Counted from the first letter of the whole stretch, positions 11,243-24,511 are shown. The stretch is DNA of 63,876 bases, filler included, from Rhizaria sp. SCN 62-66 (GCA_001724265.1; 3 parts of 3 records of this genome joined end to end with filler, not necessarily neighbours in it); one strand, 5' to 3'. The notes: generated from the sequence alone by a model not told the origin. Numbers and translations: made by a program.

Positions 11243-11533
11243 GTTTCAACACAAGTTGACGCAGCTGTACAACCGTGCACGCAGAAGTGCAACGTGTGCT
11301 GTAATGATGATAATAGTTCGATCTTGCATGCAGTTAAGAATGAAAATCAAAAATCAAAAATATTGTATTAGAGACGAAAGTCAAAACAAACGGAAACACG
11401 AAACATATGAAATGAAGTTAGATGAATCTGAAAAGAAAAACAATGAGTAGATATGAATGCATGAGAGATACTCATGATAGAATTGATTTGAGCACAACAA
11501 TACAACTTATCAGTAACCGAGCGCGACACGACT

Positions 11534-14500
11534 TCACACCATCGCCATGCCCTGGTACGCACTCGTGAGTGCGCGCCGCCCCGTGTCCCCACCGGTTCCG
11601 GCACCGGTTCCGGAGCGGGCACTCAGCCCGCCACTGATATTGCCACTCTGCACTTGGGTCTGAGCCTGGGTCTGCGCCTGAGTCTGCGACTGTGAGTAGA
11701 ACGGTGCGACAACGCCCTTCCTTGCGCTCACATTGCCCGTATTGGCGTTGTTGTTGCCGCTGTTGTACTTGGCGTTGTTCGTATTGCTGTTGTTGTGGTT
11801 GTTAGTGGCGAGGACAAGAGGCGGGAGCTCAATGGCGCCGCCGTCGCCGGTCCAGCCGGGGCCACCAGCAACCACGCGGCCGCCGCCGACCTTGCGCTGG
11901 TACGCCACCGCCTCGGCCAGCAGTCCCCTAAAGTGACAAAGAAGCAAACCAACAACAGGAAGACAATTGCATGTGTCAGAAGGTATAGTAAAAACATCAT
12001 ACACATATTGATTAAAACAAGATAACTGACTTTCGCAGCAATACAAAACAGAGTTGATTTCGTACCTGGTGACGACGTCTTCGGGCAGGTCTGGGTAGAT
12101 GTTCTCGTTCCAAGCGTACTTGAGCGCAAGCAGAATCCACCCGATGACAACGACGGCAAAGCGCACCATGGCGGCGGCAATCCAGCCGCCGACGCGGCCG
12201 GAGTACTGGGCCCACAGCGTGGGGTCCGTGACGGCCCACGTGGGCGACACGGTCTCGCGCAGGTAGATGAGCGCGGCGTCGGCGTAGGCCGAGCCCAGCG
12301 AGGAGCAAAACCCACAGAGGAAACACAGCATGATGACCGTGTTGAGCACAGTGCGCGGGTAGCAGCACTTCCTGTTGGCGCCGCCGCCGCCGTCGTCGTC
12401 GCCGTCGGCGCCAAACGTGGTGACGACGCCCGCGGCCGCGACGCGCGGCGCGTGCGGGTTGTACCGGTGCTCAGGGCCCGACTCAAGGAACAGAAACCAC
12501 AGCGTGAGCGTGACCGTGAGCAGCCCCAGGAAGTAGTTTGCGGCGTAGAGCTGCCCCGCGACGGGCCCCACGAGCACGGCCCACTCGGCGTCGCTGGTGC
12601 TGCGGCTCACCCACAGCGCCACCACCAGCCCCACGCCGGCCCACGCGCCTGCCGCGAGCAATAGCAAAAACGCCAGCACGCGCTGCACGGTGTCGGCGCC
12701 CGCGGCGATCTCGGCCAGCTCCTGGTCGCTCCACTCGGCGCCGTTCCACGCCCCGCCCGCGCCGGCCTTGTTCGCGGGGTCGTTGTCGGCGTAGAAGCTC
12801 GACGCAGGGTTCTGCTTATCATGCGCCCAGCGGCTGACCTTCTTGAAGTCGCCCGTCACGCGGTCCTCCACAAACACCACGTCGCCGCGTCCGTCGTCTG
12901 CCTTGACCGCGTTCGACACGGGCCTCAGCGCGCCGCCGCCGCCGGAGCCCTTGGAGCCCGCGGCCGCGGCGGCGCCGGTGCCCGCGGGCGTGGGGGCCGC
13001 ATACAGCACCAGTCCGTCGGTGCCCGGGACCACCATCCCGTTCCCGCCGCCGCCGCCACCGCCGCGCACAGTGCCAGCGGTTGCCGCGGGGGCTGAGCTG
13101 CCGGAGCGGGGCGGCGTCAGCGAGGCGGGCGCGGCGAGCACCGAGTTGAAGTCGTCCACTGTGCTGCCGGGCAACAGCGTCACGCCGCCGCGGCCCGTCA
13201 TGCGCGCGGGCACGGCTGCCGTGCCCTCCGCCGCCGCGGCGCCGCCCGCGCCGGCCGCCGGGTACGAGGTGAGGAGGCGACCCGGGTGCAGGCTCGAGGG
13301 GCCGTGCGCGCCGGCGAGCGGCGGCTGCTGGTAATGCAGCGCCGCGTCCGCGAGCCGCGGGTCCAGCGTGGGCGGCGGCACCGGGGCCGAGGCAAACGAC
13401 GGCACGCCGGCGGCCAGCGCAAGGGGACCGAGGCGCGCGCCGGGCGCCGTGTCGTCCGAAATCGGCATAGGAGGGCCTGAGCAGAGCGGAAGATTTAATA
13501 ATGAGACATTTGAGCACAAAGATAGAAAGATTGTGAGCGCGCAGAAAATGACAAATTAATTTGGTACCAAATCGTATCATAGTCAAATGACACATGCGAG
13601 GTCTGCTTTATATGAAGTCATTATCACGTTTTGTTCACGTGTGTCACGCGTACCTGGGATGACGTCGCGGACGTCGAGCGCGACAGGCCTGTTCGCACTG
13701 AACACGGGGTCGGCCGCCGCCGTGAGCGCATTGGCGGTAAAGAGCCCCACGGAGGCCGCGGCGCCAGTGCCAGTGCGCGGGGCGGGCGCACCGAGCGCGG
13801 TGGGGCCGGAGCCCAGGGGCGGGGCGTCGGCCGGGCCGTGCACCTGCGGCCCGTGGTCAGCAGAGAGCGAAAAGACAACAGAAATGGTATTTCACAACAA
13901 GATACACATGTTTTGAGTTAAAAAAATGTTAATAAAACATATTCGTAGTAAAAATACAGGCAAAGAGAGTTGGTGAGACTTAGTCTTCGCCATTGTTCGT
14001 GAACGTACGTAGACGGGCTCGGCCGCGTTGCTGTCGGCGGCGGCGGCCACGGTCGCGAGGTGCCGCACCGTCGGCGGCAGCAGGTCCGGTGGAACAAACA
14101 CGCCGCGCGCCGCGAGCAGCGAGAGGTGGATCGGGTTCGACAAGAGCTCGTTCTGAAGGTAAGCCGCGTCGTCGAGGTAGACGTTGCCGCTCTCGGCGCT
14201 GACCAGACCGACGCCGACGCCGCCCGCCGCAGTACTATGGCCAGCGCCAGGGGCGTTGCTGCCCGCGTTGCCAGCACCGTTGTTGGTGAACAGAGGCGGC
14301 AGCTGGCCCGGGATCGGCGGGAAGGCGTTGGGGTTAGCTGCGTTGGCGTTGGCGTTGGCAGCGTGACCGTTGTAGTAGTTGTTGTTGTAGGAGTTGTTGT
14401 TGTTACCATTGAGGTCGTTCGCGTTGGTGGTGTTGCCGCGCTGTTGCTGCAGAAGCCTGCGAATCTCTTGACGCCGCTCAAGCATTTCGGCGTCACTCGG

Positions 14501-15028
14501 AGCCTGTGGCATCCACGAGGCGCCGGAGTCACCCGCATTTGCAGCAGCGTTGGTGTTGCCAGCGCCTGGAGGTTGCTGCGAAGCGAGAGACGAGTCCGCG
14601 GCGAAGATGTTCGACATCGCCGCCGGGCGAGCTGATACTGGGGCAGCAGCCTGCTGTGCATTCGCACTCGCAGGAGGGGCAGTTGGACCAGGTCCTGCAG
14701 TGGTTGAAGTTGGCGTGGGTTGTGAGAGCGGGGTCGGGGCTGCACTGGGCGCGGGGCCACCGGGCGCGGACGGGCCCAGACGGGAGCGTAAGCGGGCCGC
14801 CAGGTCGTCCGCGCTGCCGGCGCCGTCGTAGGTCGTCGCCGCGGGGGCCGCGGGCGCGACAGGCGGCGCGGTAGCGTTGCTCGCGTTGTTGTACGACGAG
14901 GGGAAGGAGGCGGCCAGGCCGGAGGGCGCGGCGGACGAGTCGGTCGGCGTCAAAGAGGAGGAGCCGGGGCCAGAAGTAGCGGGCGCGGGCTGTGGACCCA
15001 CCGGAGTGGCCGAGGGCGCCGTCGGCAT
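11534..15028 (-). CDS. TMEM237: TMEM237-like ciliary transition-zone membrane protein (4 TM, long disordered N-terminus)
   Basis: Exons 15028-14009, 13843-13654, 13476-12066 and 11927-11534 join in phase. VFVE motif, then VQRVLAFLLLLAAGAWAG (cf. TMEM237 VHRAFRMIGLFSHGFLAG), four hydrophobic helices, ending W..AMVRFAVVVIGWILLA. Stop TGA. Confidence 0.65.
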
Positions 15029-15902
15029 GATGCGAGAAGGGCCGGGAGAGCGAGAGGTTCAAGCGAGACGACAAGGGAGATACCGCGCTACGGAAAGAGC
15101 TGTAGAAGGTGATATAGTCTACGTTAGAAATTAAAATTAAAAGTTCGAATGAGATTCAACCTCAAACATCCCTGGTTGAAACAACACGTCGCGATATCGG
15201 ACGAAAAGACCTCGGTTCAATGCGAAAAATTCAAATTTCCACCTCCGTTTTGAAGTCGATCACAACAGCTGCTCGCGCCAAGCATCGCAGTCACCTTTGC
15301 CAAGGTCACTTCCAACACATTCACATCTAGCAGACTAAGAACAAGCATGACAAAAACGAATTTGTGAGTGCAGGCACATGAAGTATTCGATCATGTAGTG
15401 GCCGTGCTATTATTAAGTGTTTGTTTTATTTAGTAGACAAAGCCAGTCACTTTTGTGACTGACCGCGCAACATCCACACACATGGCGAGTGTGGGTCTGA
15501 CGCGTTTGTTAACGAAGTTATGATACTTGGCGCATACCCACACGATATGCACGTTATATCAATATCCACGCACATTTTAAAACGAATATTACCGTTAAAG
15601 CAAAACGAGGTCACTCGCTCTCCACGTTTACAGAGAGCGTGACAACAACAGCAAAAAGAAAAAGGAACGCAAAGAAAACATACTAAAAGAACGACTAGAT
15701 CAGATTCAACAGAGACAATAATGCAAACGAAGCTAAAACTACATATGAAGAAAGGAAAGAAGAGGAAACCCACACCACACCATGGCAACTCAAAACGACT
15801 TCCTTAACCTAACAGCACTGATAACTGGGTACGTAGTAGGTCGAGGAGCGTCTTATTTAGGGAGCACCACGATCCATGAACCATATATTAGGCCTGAGAG
15901 CT

Positions 15903-18069
15903 TTAGTTCATGGTGGCACGCTTGAGCATCTCCGAGCGGAGCCTGTTGTTCTCCTCCTGGAGCTTGAGCGCGTCTTTGACGGCGTTCTCAAGCAGCTCGC
16001 GGTAGCGCAGCTCGATGCGCGTCTTCTGCTCCTCGAAGTGCGAACGGTAGTTGCGGAACACGAAGAACATGTGCTCCTGGAAGCGCTGCATCTGGTTCTC
16101 GTGCGCCGCATCCTTCTTGTACAGCATGCCCGTCACCAGGTCCTTGTCCACCTCGAGCTCCTTAACGCGCAGCTCCTTTTGCGTCGCGCTCTCGGCCAGA
16201 GTCGTCATGAGCGTCTTGCACGCGTCGGTGCCGCCGGCGACCGCTGCCTCGATCTCGCGGTTCAGCGCCTCGACGCGCTGCTGCTGCGCCGCGACCTCGC
16301 CGTCGAGCAGCGCCTCGCGCTCAGCCTTGGCCTCGGCCCACAGCTCGTGGTCACGAGCGCGCTGCACGGCCGCCGCGTCGTCGGGGAACAGGTAGTTCTT
16401 GCTGCGCTTCGTCTCCAGCTGCAGGATCTTGCGCTGCGCCGCCGTGAACTCGGCCACGGCGGCGTTGTACTGCGCGACGACCTTGTTCATGAGGAGCTCC
16501 TCCTGGCGGAACGCCTGCTGCTGCTTCTCCGCCTGGGCCTTCATCTTGTCACCGGCCTATAGTAAAGAAATACAGTTTAGCAGCATAAATTGATGAGATT
16601 TCGATTGAAAAGATATGATTGAAATTAATTCTTCGATAAAACATGAAAATGGTATAGCATGTCAATCCATGTCAATATACCAAGTCAAAAGCTAATATAC
16701 GTACGGGAGCGTCGGGCTTGACCTTCTTAGCGAGCGTGTTGTAGCGGTGGCGGGCGGTCTCGACCTTTTCCTCCTGCGCGCGCAACAGGTTCTGCTTGGC
16801 GATGAGCGCGCGTAGCTTCTCGCGCGCGTCGGCGCGCATCTCCTTGGGAATGTCGACCGTGGCCTCTGCGAGAACGCCCGCGAGCCCCTCGGCCTTGAGG
16901 CGCGCCACACGCTGGCGCAACACGGCGGCCGAGTTGTCGCGGCGCACCTTCCACGTCTGCGCCTTAACGCGCTCCAGCTCAACGACGAGCCGCTGCAGCG
17001 CCTGGATCTGGTCCGTCTTGACGTCCTGCAGGTACGTCGTGGGGTTGTCGAGCTTGAGCGCGTCGCGGCGGGAGCGGATCTCATCGCGCAGCTCGCGCAC
17101 CGCCGCCGTCACGGTGTTGACGTTGGGGCGCGAGGCCGTAGTGAGCGACTGCAGCTTGGTCGCCAACGCAAGCATATCGGCGCAGTCCAGCGCGGGGTTG
17201 AGGCAGAGCAGGAAAACGCCGCCCGCGTTGGCCTTGACCGAAGACAGCGACTGTTGCAGCAGCTGCGTCAGCTTGGACGCGTCGAAGGCGATCTCGTGGT
17301 CCGCCACGCCCGACGCGCGCGCAGTCGCGACGTTGGTGAACTCCTTGAGGCCCGTGTTGTAGTCGACGGCCTTACCGCCCGCGGCGGCGAGCACGGCGAA
17401 GCGCAGCGTGGCGTAGCTGACGCGGAACGGGTCGTTGCGGTCCGTCGACTCGACGCGGAGGTCGATCATCACGTGGCCCTTCTCCGTCGCGCTGCGCTGC
17501 GCCAGCAGGCGGTGCACGGCCCAGCCCTGGTTCACGTACGTCATGATCTGCTCGGCAGACTTGCACACGACCTCGGCGAGCCCGTCGACCGAGTCGCGGA
17601 AGGGCGCGATGGTGAGCGTCTTGCTCGTGTCGGGGTTGATCAGGTCCGTCACGAACTCGCGGTTCTTGGCCTTGGAGAAGGACGAATGGATTTGGTACAT
17701 CGAGACCGAGACGAGGAACTTCTGCTTCTGGCGTTCCTCGGCCGTCTGGAAGATGCTCTGCGCCGCCAGCGCCACCACGCCGGGGCTCTCGGGCTGGCCG
17801 ACGACGGTGTGCGACTTGCCCGAGGACGAGGCGCCGTAAAACACAACGTGCGCGTTGAAGCCCTGCATCGCGCGCTCCACGGAGGGCTGGATGGCGGCGC
17901 GGAAGACCTCGGCGTTGGGCACGGTCTCGGTGAAGACCTTGCGGAAGGCGGCCGACTGGTCCTTTTGCTGGGCAATGTCGCCAGACAGAGTCAGCGGAGG
18001 GGTCGCCTTGGCCTCGGACGGGCGAACGCGGGCAAAGATCTCGAAATTGCTAGGCGTTTTCGAGGCCAT
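15903..18069 (-). CDS. Divergent kinesin-like protein (N-terminal motor-like domain + coiled coil)
   Basis: Exons 18069-16705 and 16556-15903. Motifs IFARVRP, GFNAHVVFYGASSSGKSHT (P-loop), VSVSMYQI, SKLTQLLQQSL, followed by a long coiled coil. Stop TAA. Confidence 0.85.
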
Positions 18070-18922
18070 TTCCTGCTCTATAGCGGGACGCGTCAGTGCA
18101 AGTGGACATGGAGGATAAGCAGGGACAAGGACCGGAACGAGAGACGAAGCAATTGAGCAGAGAGAAAGGAGTGGCAGGCGGGGCCGAAAAGAGGGTAGGA
18201 CGAAACGAGAAAGAGACGTGAAGAAAAGTGAGAGCGTGTAATAGATAGAAATGCCAAGCTTGAATCACTATCAATGCATAATTCCGGTTGGTGTGCACAA
18301 TATCGGGCTTGGGCAAGATAGACGGCGAGACGAGCGTTTGACTCTGTACACAGTCGACAAGCGGGGTGCAAATTGCGTGGGTGGGAACGCAGGCTGGCAT
18401 TTTTGACGCAAGTGAAAATCAAAAATGGTATATTCACAACGAGTTCAGCCCGGAATTAATGTTAGGAAGCTAAGCCAGCGGATCTATGCCGAGCTTGGAG
18501 CTATTTTGGCAAGCCCTCGCTTTGAATAACGGCTGCTGGCTGGTTGTCGGTCAGAAAGTGACTGTGAGCACTTCCTGCTCACGGTCAGCCCACAAGAGTG
18601 CCGACTGCATCACTTGGAGTTACAATATCTTTGCGAAACAAACCATGATGCATTTAAAACGAAATATTGTATTCAACGTCACTATTTACGTGTTGTTTCA
18701 AAAACAAAACTCCCACCAGTCACACTAACCAGATATCTGCGCTCGATTAACTGGCCCCAGGTCTCTTTTCACCTTCACATTGGGTTACAAAGCGATTTAC
18801 TGCTCTTGTAAGCACAAACAAAACATATACACTGATTTACAAAGCCAACCAAGCTTAATAAACCAGCACCAGCCGCAATACGCCCTATGCCCGGCATATT
18901 TGCTTCACATTGCGCGCGGCAT

Positions 18923-20394
18923 TCAGGAGGAGATGTGCTTGTTTTGGCCGGGCGTGACGAGCGCCGAGTAGAGCCAGAAGAGCATGCCGATCGCGGCGAT
19001 AATAAACACCCACTTGTCCTTGCTCCCGCTCGCCACCTGCTTCGCCCCCGCAGCATCTTCCACGGCAGCCGCGACCGCGGCGGACGACGACTCAGCGCCA
19101 ACGGCAGCGGAGCCTGTGGGGTCGGAGGACGCGGCGGCGTTGCGGCGGGACTTCTTGCCGCCGACCGAGGAGCCCGCGCGCGAGGAGCGGCGGCGCGCTC
19201 CGTCGTCGCCGCCGCCGTTGCTGGCCGGGTATGGCACGTCGGCGAGCTGCATCATCACGCTCCCGTCGGGGTTCTGGAGATACAGAGAGAAAGAGGAAAC
19301 AGAAGAGGAAACAAAGTTAAGATTAGGATGAGTTGTTGCAGCATTAAATCAAGGAAAGATGACACAAATTCAATATCACAGAGCACAATTTATGAGCATT
19401 TACCGAGATAATAACGAATACAGCGCATATGGTTCCATGTGAGTCTGTAAGTATAAGTGTACAGTGTAAAGAATTCGTACCTGCTGCGGCTGCTGCGGGT
19501 GCTGTTGCGCGCCGTAGACGAGCTGCCCGGCGGCGTTGTAATGCTGCGAGAATGACGCGCCACCCGCCTGCACGGGCGTCGCGGGCACCGGCACGGGCAT
19601 GGCGCGCGCGGCGAGCGCCTGCGCGGCGGCGACGCGGCCGCCGAGCGACTTCTCTCTGACGCAGAGTTGGCACGTCTTGGAGCCGGCGACGAGGCACGTC
19701 GACGCGGCGCACAGCGTGAAGCCGCAGTCACGGCAGTGGTGGCGGCGGCGCGTGAGCGCGAAGGCCTTGCCGCAGCCGGCGCAGTAGTCGGCCTCGTCGT
19801 CCGGGATCCAGTAGTCCTGCGCCTTCTCGGTGTTGCCGGCCGTCGCGGGGAGACGCGCGCGCTGGTCGATGACGGCCTGCTCGCCCTGCATGCGCTCCAA
19901 CCATTGCAGCCAGAGGTTCTTGACCGAGGCGGAGGTCGCGCGCAGGATGAAGATCTTGTTCGGCGTCTTGATGTGGAAGCGCACGAGGTCGGATGAGGAC
20001 GCCGCGACCTAGAGTGCGACGAGTAAACAAAATGGGAAAGCAGTTAGTGGGTGTTGAAGTGAGAAAGACAAACATAAAGTCTGGATTGAAGATGATATAT
20101 GAACTACAGGTCTAACATAACGGTACTCAATGAATATTATTATTTTTATAGTCAAGCATCTGCCCGTTTTGTTCGTACCTGGAAGCGGCGCAGCGTGATG
20201 AAGGTCTGCACCGCGCCGGCGGAGGCGTTCTTGCGGTAGCTCTCAAGCGCGCCAGAGTCGGGGTTGAAGCGGAAGTGGCGCGCCTGCCACTGCTCCTTGC
20301 CCACGGAGAGCTCAAGCGGGGCACCCGAGGACATGACGTCACGCAGGAACTCCTTAGTGGCGAGGGCGACCGCGGAGGAGGCGGACGAGTGCAT
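18923..20394 (-). CDS. PH domain + FYVE zinc finger protein with C-terminal transmembrane helix
   Basis: Exons 20394-20179, 20008-19481 and 19273-18923. PH-like WQARHFRF...FHIKTPNKIFILRA....KNLWLQWL; FYVE WIPD...CAGC...RRRHHCRDCG; C-terminal WVFIIAAIGMLFWLYSALV. Stop TGA. Confidence 0.85.
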
Positions 20395-21377
20395 CTTAAG
20401 TGAGTTGGTGTGTGCTGTTTAGAGAATCTCGCTAAAAAAAGAACGACAGGAAAAGGGGAAACAGCGCCGTGCCTACCTTAGAGTGGGGACGGTGGCTGGG
20501 TTCTGCGCATGTTATAGACGTTGAGGTTGGTGAGATACGCGTTGGGGGCATTGGGTGTGAGCGTGGCGCGAAAGGAGGGGGCGGCAGAGTAGAAGGAGAC
20601 GTATCGTGCGAGATACACGTGTGATAAAGCACGGAAGCATAACGATCGGCTCTATGGCACCTGATAGGTGCGCGACATAGGAGCCCGCAGTGGGGTATTG
20701 TGACTGTCGCGCACTGAAGAAGGTGCGAAAGAGGCGCGAGAGGAGCATCACGGCATCTCTATCTCGCTACTTCACGGACAAGGATAGCGCGCACGCTATG
20801 TACACTTCCATGGTACTCCCATTTTATCAAAGTATAGATACACAACCCTGCAAGTGCCACCGATCTGTTTCGAGATTATAGACGATCACTGCATAGCTGG
20901 TTGTTGCTCCAAAGTCGGCCACCGAAAGAGATGATGCGATCGGTCCGTCGCCATCATCGGTCGACCGAATCTGGACCGACCACGATCATTTCGCCACTCG
21001 GCGACGTGGTCGGGGGCTCGACCCCAGCTGCCTTTTCCTTCGTCATATGCGACCGCCGTCATAGTATGAGAACTGCCGAGTATTTTCAGTGCATTTTATG
21101 TTTTCAGCACTTTCAGGGGGTGCTGGTATCATGTCCTATCTGTCTCCGTCTGAACCCTGCGCTCCGCCAAATCTCATCGATTCTTCTATTTCCGAGCTAG
21201 TCGTGAACAACACTTAGCAGTGGCTCTGTCAACGACTTCTTGTAACCACAACAAGCTGTTGTCTCTTCATGGCTGGACAATTTTTGCCTCGCTCCTAACT
21301 ACACTCTCCATGTCTCACTCGCTTTTCTTCTTCGTGTCGCTCTGCACTTCTGCTCGCATCACAGCTCGACACCGCAG

Positions 21378-22010
21378 ATGTCTTCCTACCAGGCCCCCGA
21401 GCTCAACTCCGCGGCGCATTTGTCTGACGGCTACGGCAACAGCAACGTCATGGGCGGCTCCTACGCTTCCTCTGACGCCGCCCCGAACCTCACTGAGTCG
21501 CGCGCCTACGACGGCAACAGCGCCGACGTCGTCCAGCCCCCGCGCGAGGGCAACCTCGGTGACGACTTCATCAAGACCGGCAAGAAGGCCTTCCGCACCC
21601 CCAAGGGCATGCTGCGTCTCGTGACTTTCCTCCTGAGCCTGATCTCCTTTGCTTGCGGCGCCGCGTTCCCCCACTCCGCCGGAGCGTTCAACTTCCTCAT
21701 TGCCGCCAATGTGCTCGCCTGGCTCTACACCATCGGCATGATCTTCGCCTACGGCTTCCGCAAGAAGCTGGAGACGATGTGCGGCGTCATGCCCATGGTC
21801 GAGTTTGCTGGCGACGGTATTCTCGCGCTCTTCACTTTCATCGCCGCCGCCACCAGCGCTTCGCTCTGCAACAACGACTGGTCCAGCGAGTGCAACAAGG
21901 AGGGCGTCATCGGCGGCGCAATTGCTTTCTCGTTCCTCACTGCATTCGCCTTCATCGCGCTGATGGTGCTGTCTTACATGGAGAACCGCCGTCTTGAGAG
22001 CTCCACTTAA
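21378..22010 (+). CDS. MARVEL-domain four-TM protein (CMTM/plasmolipin-like)
   Basis: FRTPKGMLRLVTFLLSLISFAC start of the MARVEL domain, four hydrophobic helices, GAIAFSFLTAFAF. Host-type codon bias. Stop TAA. Confidence 0.8.
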   Translation: MSSYQAPELNSAAHLSDGYGNSNVMGGSYASSDAAPNLTESRAYDGNSADVVQPPREGNLGDDFIKTGKKAFRTPKGMLRLVTFLLSLISFACGAAFPHSAGAFNFLIAANVLAWLYTIGMIFAYGFRKKLETMCGVMPMVEFAGDGILALFTFIAAATSASLCNNDWSSECNKEGVIGGAIAFSFLTAFAFIALMVLSYMENRRLESST

Positions 22011-23440
22011 AGCGAAGTCACTCAATAGTTTGCCGCCGCTGCAGACACTGCGCACGGGACAAGCCACATACTTGAAGAACTCAAATCACAAACAGACGCA
22101 TGCACACCTGTGAATATTTATTTCTATAATAATTACATTTGCGTCTAATGTTTCATTATTTCTGCTCAGAGAGTGTTTCTGCGTGAGTGGCTTCTCTTCA
22201 TGCAAGCTCAGGATTAGCCAATCTCAAGATTATTCCTTGTTTATACTAGATGATCGTTTGTAGTTTATAGTAGTCGATAATCCACGTGTTTGATGCTTTG
22301 ATTTGTATACATAGCAGACACTAGCACCCAACACATGTTGAAACATCTGAATGATTCACTTAGAGTGCCCAACAGATTGACTGAACGATCGAGCTAATGA
22401 CGTACTATTAACCAACACCAGAGTCAAGGGCGCACATCAAATAAGAGCACTTGCTGCTCAAGAGCTCGGAGTGTACAGTACATCACAACAGTAATGTACT
22501 CGGAGCTCTAGGAGCGTGAACGTTGCACTGTGATAGTCTTTTCAGTGTCTCGTGGTGTGTTCAGTGTCACCTTGTTAACACCGTGTTTTTTCTCACTTAG
22601 CACCATAATCATAATGGTCGTGCTGGAGTGCGCGGTGCAGCACTATCCTCAACGATTTTGTGTGGTGCTTGATATTTCAACAATTATTTGTCTCTAGTTT
22701 TGAATACGGTCTTCTACTGCGCGTTTCTGAAGCGAGTATTGGACCTTCTAAATTTCAGCCCGGCTACATTTGGGCAGAGTTCCGCGAATACAGTACACCA
22801 CAACATGTCGTCAATGTACGGTGGCATTTTTAGTCAGGCAGGCAAGGATAAAATACGCAATAAGGTATGCGGGTTGATATCTGCAGCAGTGCCGTGTTGT
22901 TACACACGCCATTTGTCTGTCACGAGTTACATGACGTTTACAGCGAGTACATGTGCACTACTGCAACATTTGAGTTTGAAATCGTAATATAAACTATAAA
23001 AGTAGCCGCACCATGTCAATATGCAATTTGTATCTGCGTAGATCGTGGTGCTGGACCATGCGACTTGTTTTTATTAGTTGCAACTTTGTTTGTGGTGGCC
23101 AAGGCCTTGAGCCGACGGACCTGAGGGCACCACGTGGTGCGACAAAGGGTCTTTGCAAAACTCTTGCGCTAGCCACATTCAATCGTTGCAACGTGATGCA
23201 GTTGCGTTTTCTAAGTACTATTTGAATACGAAATGCTGTTCCTATTAATGCATTTTAACGTATTTCCGATTTGAGAGCATGAACTATCTCCCGCAGGGAC
23301 CGACTCGGAGGGTGCGCAAGTCGGCGAGAACTTTTGTTTCAACGACTTTTATCCCAATCAGACTCTTTTAAAACCTTCAAAATCTATCGCCCACGCACTT
23401 TTCACGATGTTTATCAACTTTGTATTCCCCGTAGAGCGGT

Positions 23441-24511
23441 ATGTTGCTGATGCTTCTCGCCACCATCGCCGCGCTCCTGGCCGCGGCGCTGTTGACCATC
23501 TTCATCGCCTACCGTCTCCCGCGCGGGCCGAGCTCTGAGCGCTTCCTAAACCTTGTTGTTGGCCACCGCGGTTGCCGCGGGTACCCGACGCTGCCTGAGA
23601 ACAGTATTGCCGCTTTTAAGTACGCCATTCAGCGCGGCTGCGACGCGATTGAGCTCGACGTGCAGCTGTCTGCCGACGGCGAGGCCTTCGTCGTTCACGA
23701 CGACTTGACGACGCGTCTCTTTACCACCGAGGGCAAGTACATCACCCAGATGTCCAGCGACGAGGTCCGCGCGCTTCGCTACAAGGCCAACGCAACTGAG
23801 CGCGTGCCTACGCTGCGTGACGTCTTCGTGTTCGTCAACGATTTCAACCGCAAAAATAGCGACAAGCGCACCGTCAAGATTTTCGTCGAGCTCAAGAACA
23901 TGAACACCGCGCGCTCGGCGCTTTACGCGCAGAAGATTGCCGCCGACTTTGCCGCCGAGTCCGCCGCTGACATCGCCTGCATCATCACCTTCGCGCCCGT
24001 GCTGCTGTACCACGTGCGCGTCGTCGCCCCGGCGCTTGTGACGTGCTTGCTCTACGCCGACGACGTCTACTGCTCCGCCCTGCGCGCCGGCTACGACATC
24101 GTCCCCGCCTGGGTGCGCCCCATCGCGCCGCTCGTTGACGCGGCGCTGCTCTTCCTTTGTCGCGGCTTCGGCGGCGGCGGTGTCTTCTCTAACTCGCTCC
24201 CGCCCTTCCTGCCCGCCGTCACGGGCGCGAGCATGATGGGGCCCAATTACAAGCTGCTCACCGAGTCCGAGGCGACGGTGTTCACCGCGCGCGGGCTCGG
24301 CACCTACGTCTGGGTCACCAACACCGTTGAGTCTGCGCTTTTCTGCCTCAGCCTCAAGTGTTCCGTGGGAACTGACCACGTGTTCCCGGACATCCTCCCC
24401 CCGCCCTTCGCGCGCAACGGCGTCGGCAAGCACTCGGACGAGGCCAATCTCGGCTTTGCGCTCGCTGCGAAGGCCAAGGCCGATGTCAGTGAGATCACCG
24501 GGATGTTCTGA
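23441..24511 (+). CDS. Glycerophosphodiester phosphodiesterase (GDE1-like) with N-terminal TM anchor
   Basis: VVGHRG..G..LPENSIAAF, IELDVQLSADG..FVVHD, RVPTLRDV, IFVELK, YVWVTN, GTD. Single exon. Stop TGA. Confidence 0.92.
   Translation: MLLMLLATIAALLAAALLTIFIAYRLPRGPSSERFLNLVVGHRGCRGYPTLPENSIAAFKYAIQRGCDAIELDVQLSADGEAFVVHDDLTTRLFTTEGKYITQMSSDEVRALRYKANATERVPTLRDVFVFVNDFNRKNSDKRTVKIFVELKNMNTARSALYAQKIAADFAAESAADIACIITFAPVLLYHVRVVAPALVTCLLYADDVYCSALRAGYDIVPAWVRPIAPLVDAALLFLCRGFGGGGVFSNSLPPFLPAVTGASMMGPNYKLLTESEATVFTARGLGTYVWVTNTVESALFCLSLKCSVGTDHVFPDILPPPFARNGVGKHSDEANLGFALAAKAKADVSEITGMF

Noticed and set aside
11928-12065. Apparent extra hydrophobic segment within ORF 11534-13519
   Set aside because: AT-rich 138-nt GTACGA...TTTAG intron that happens to be stop-free and in frame.
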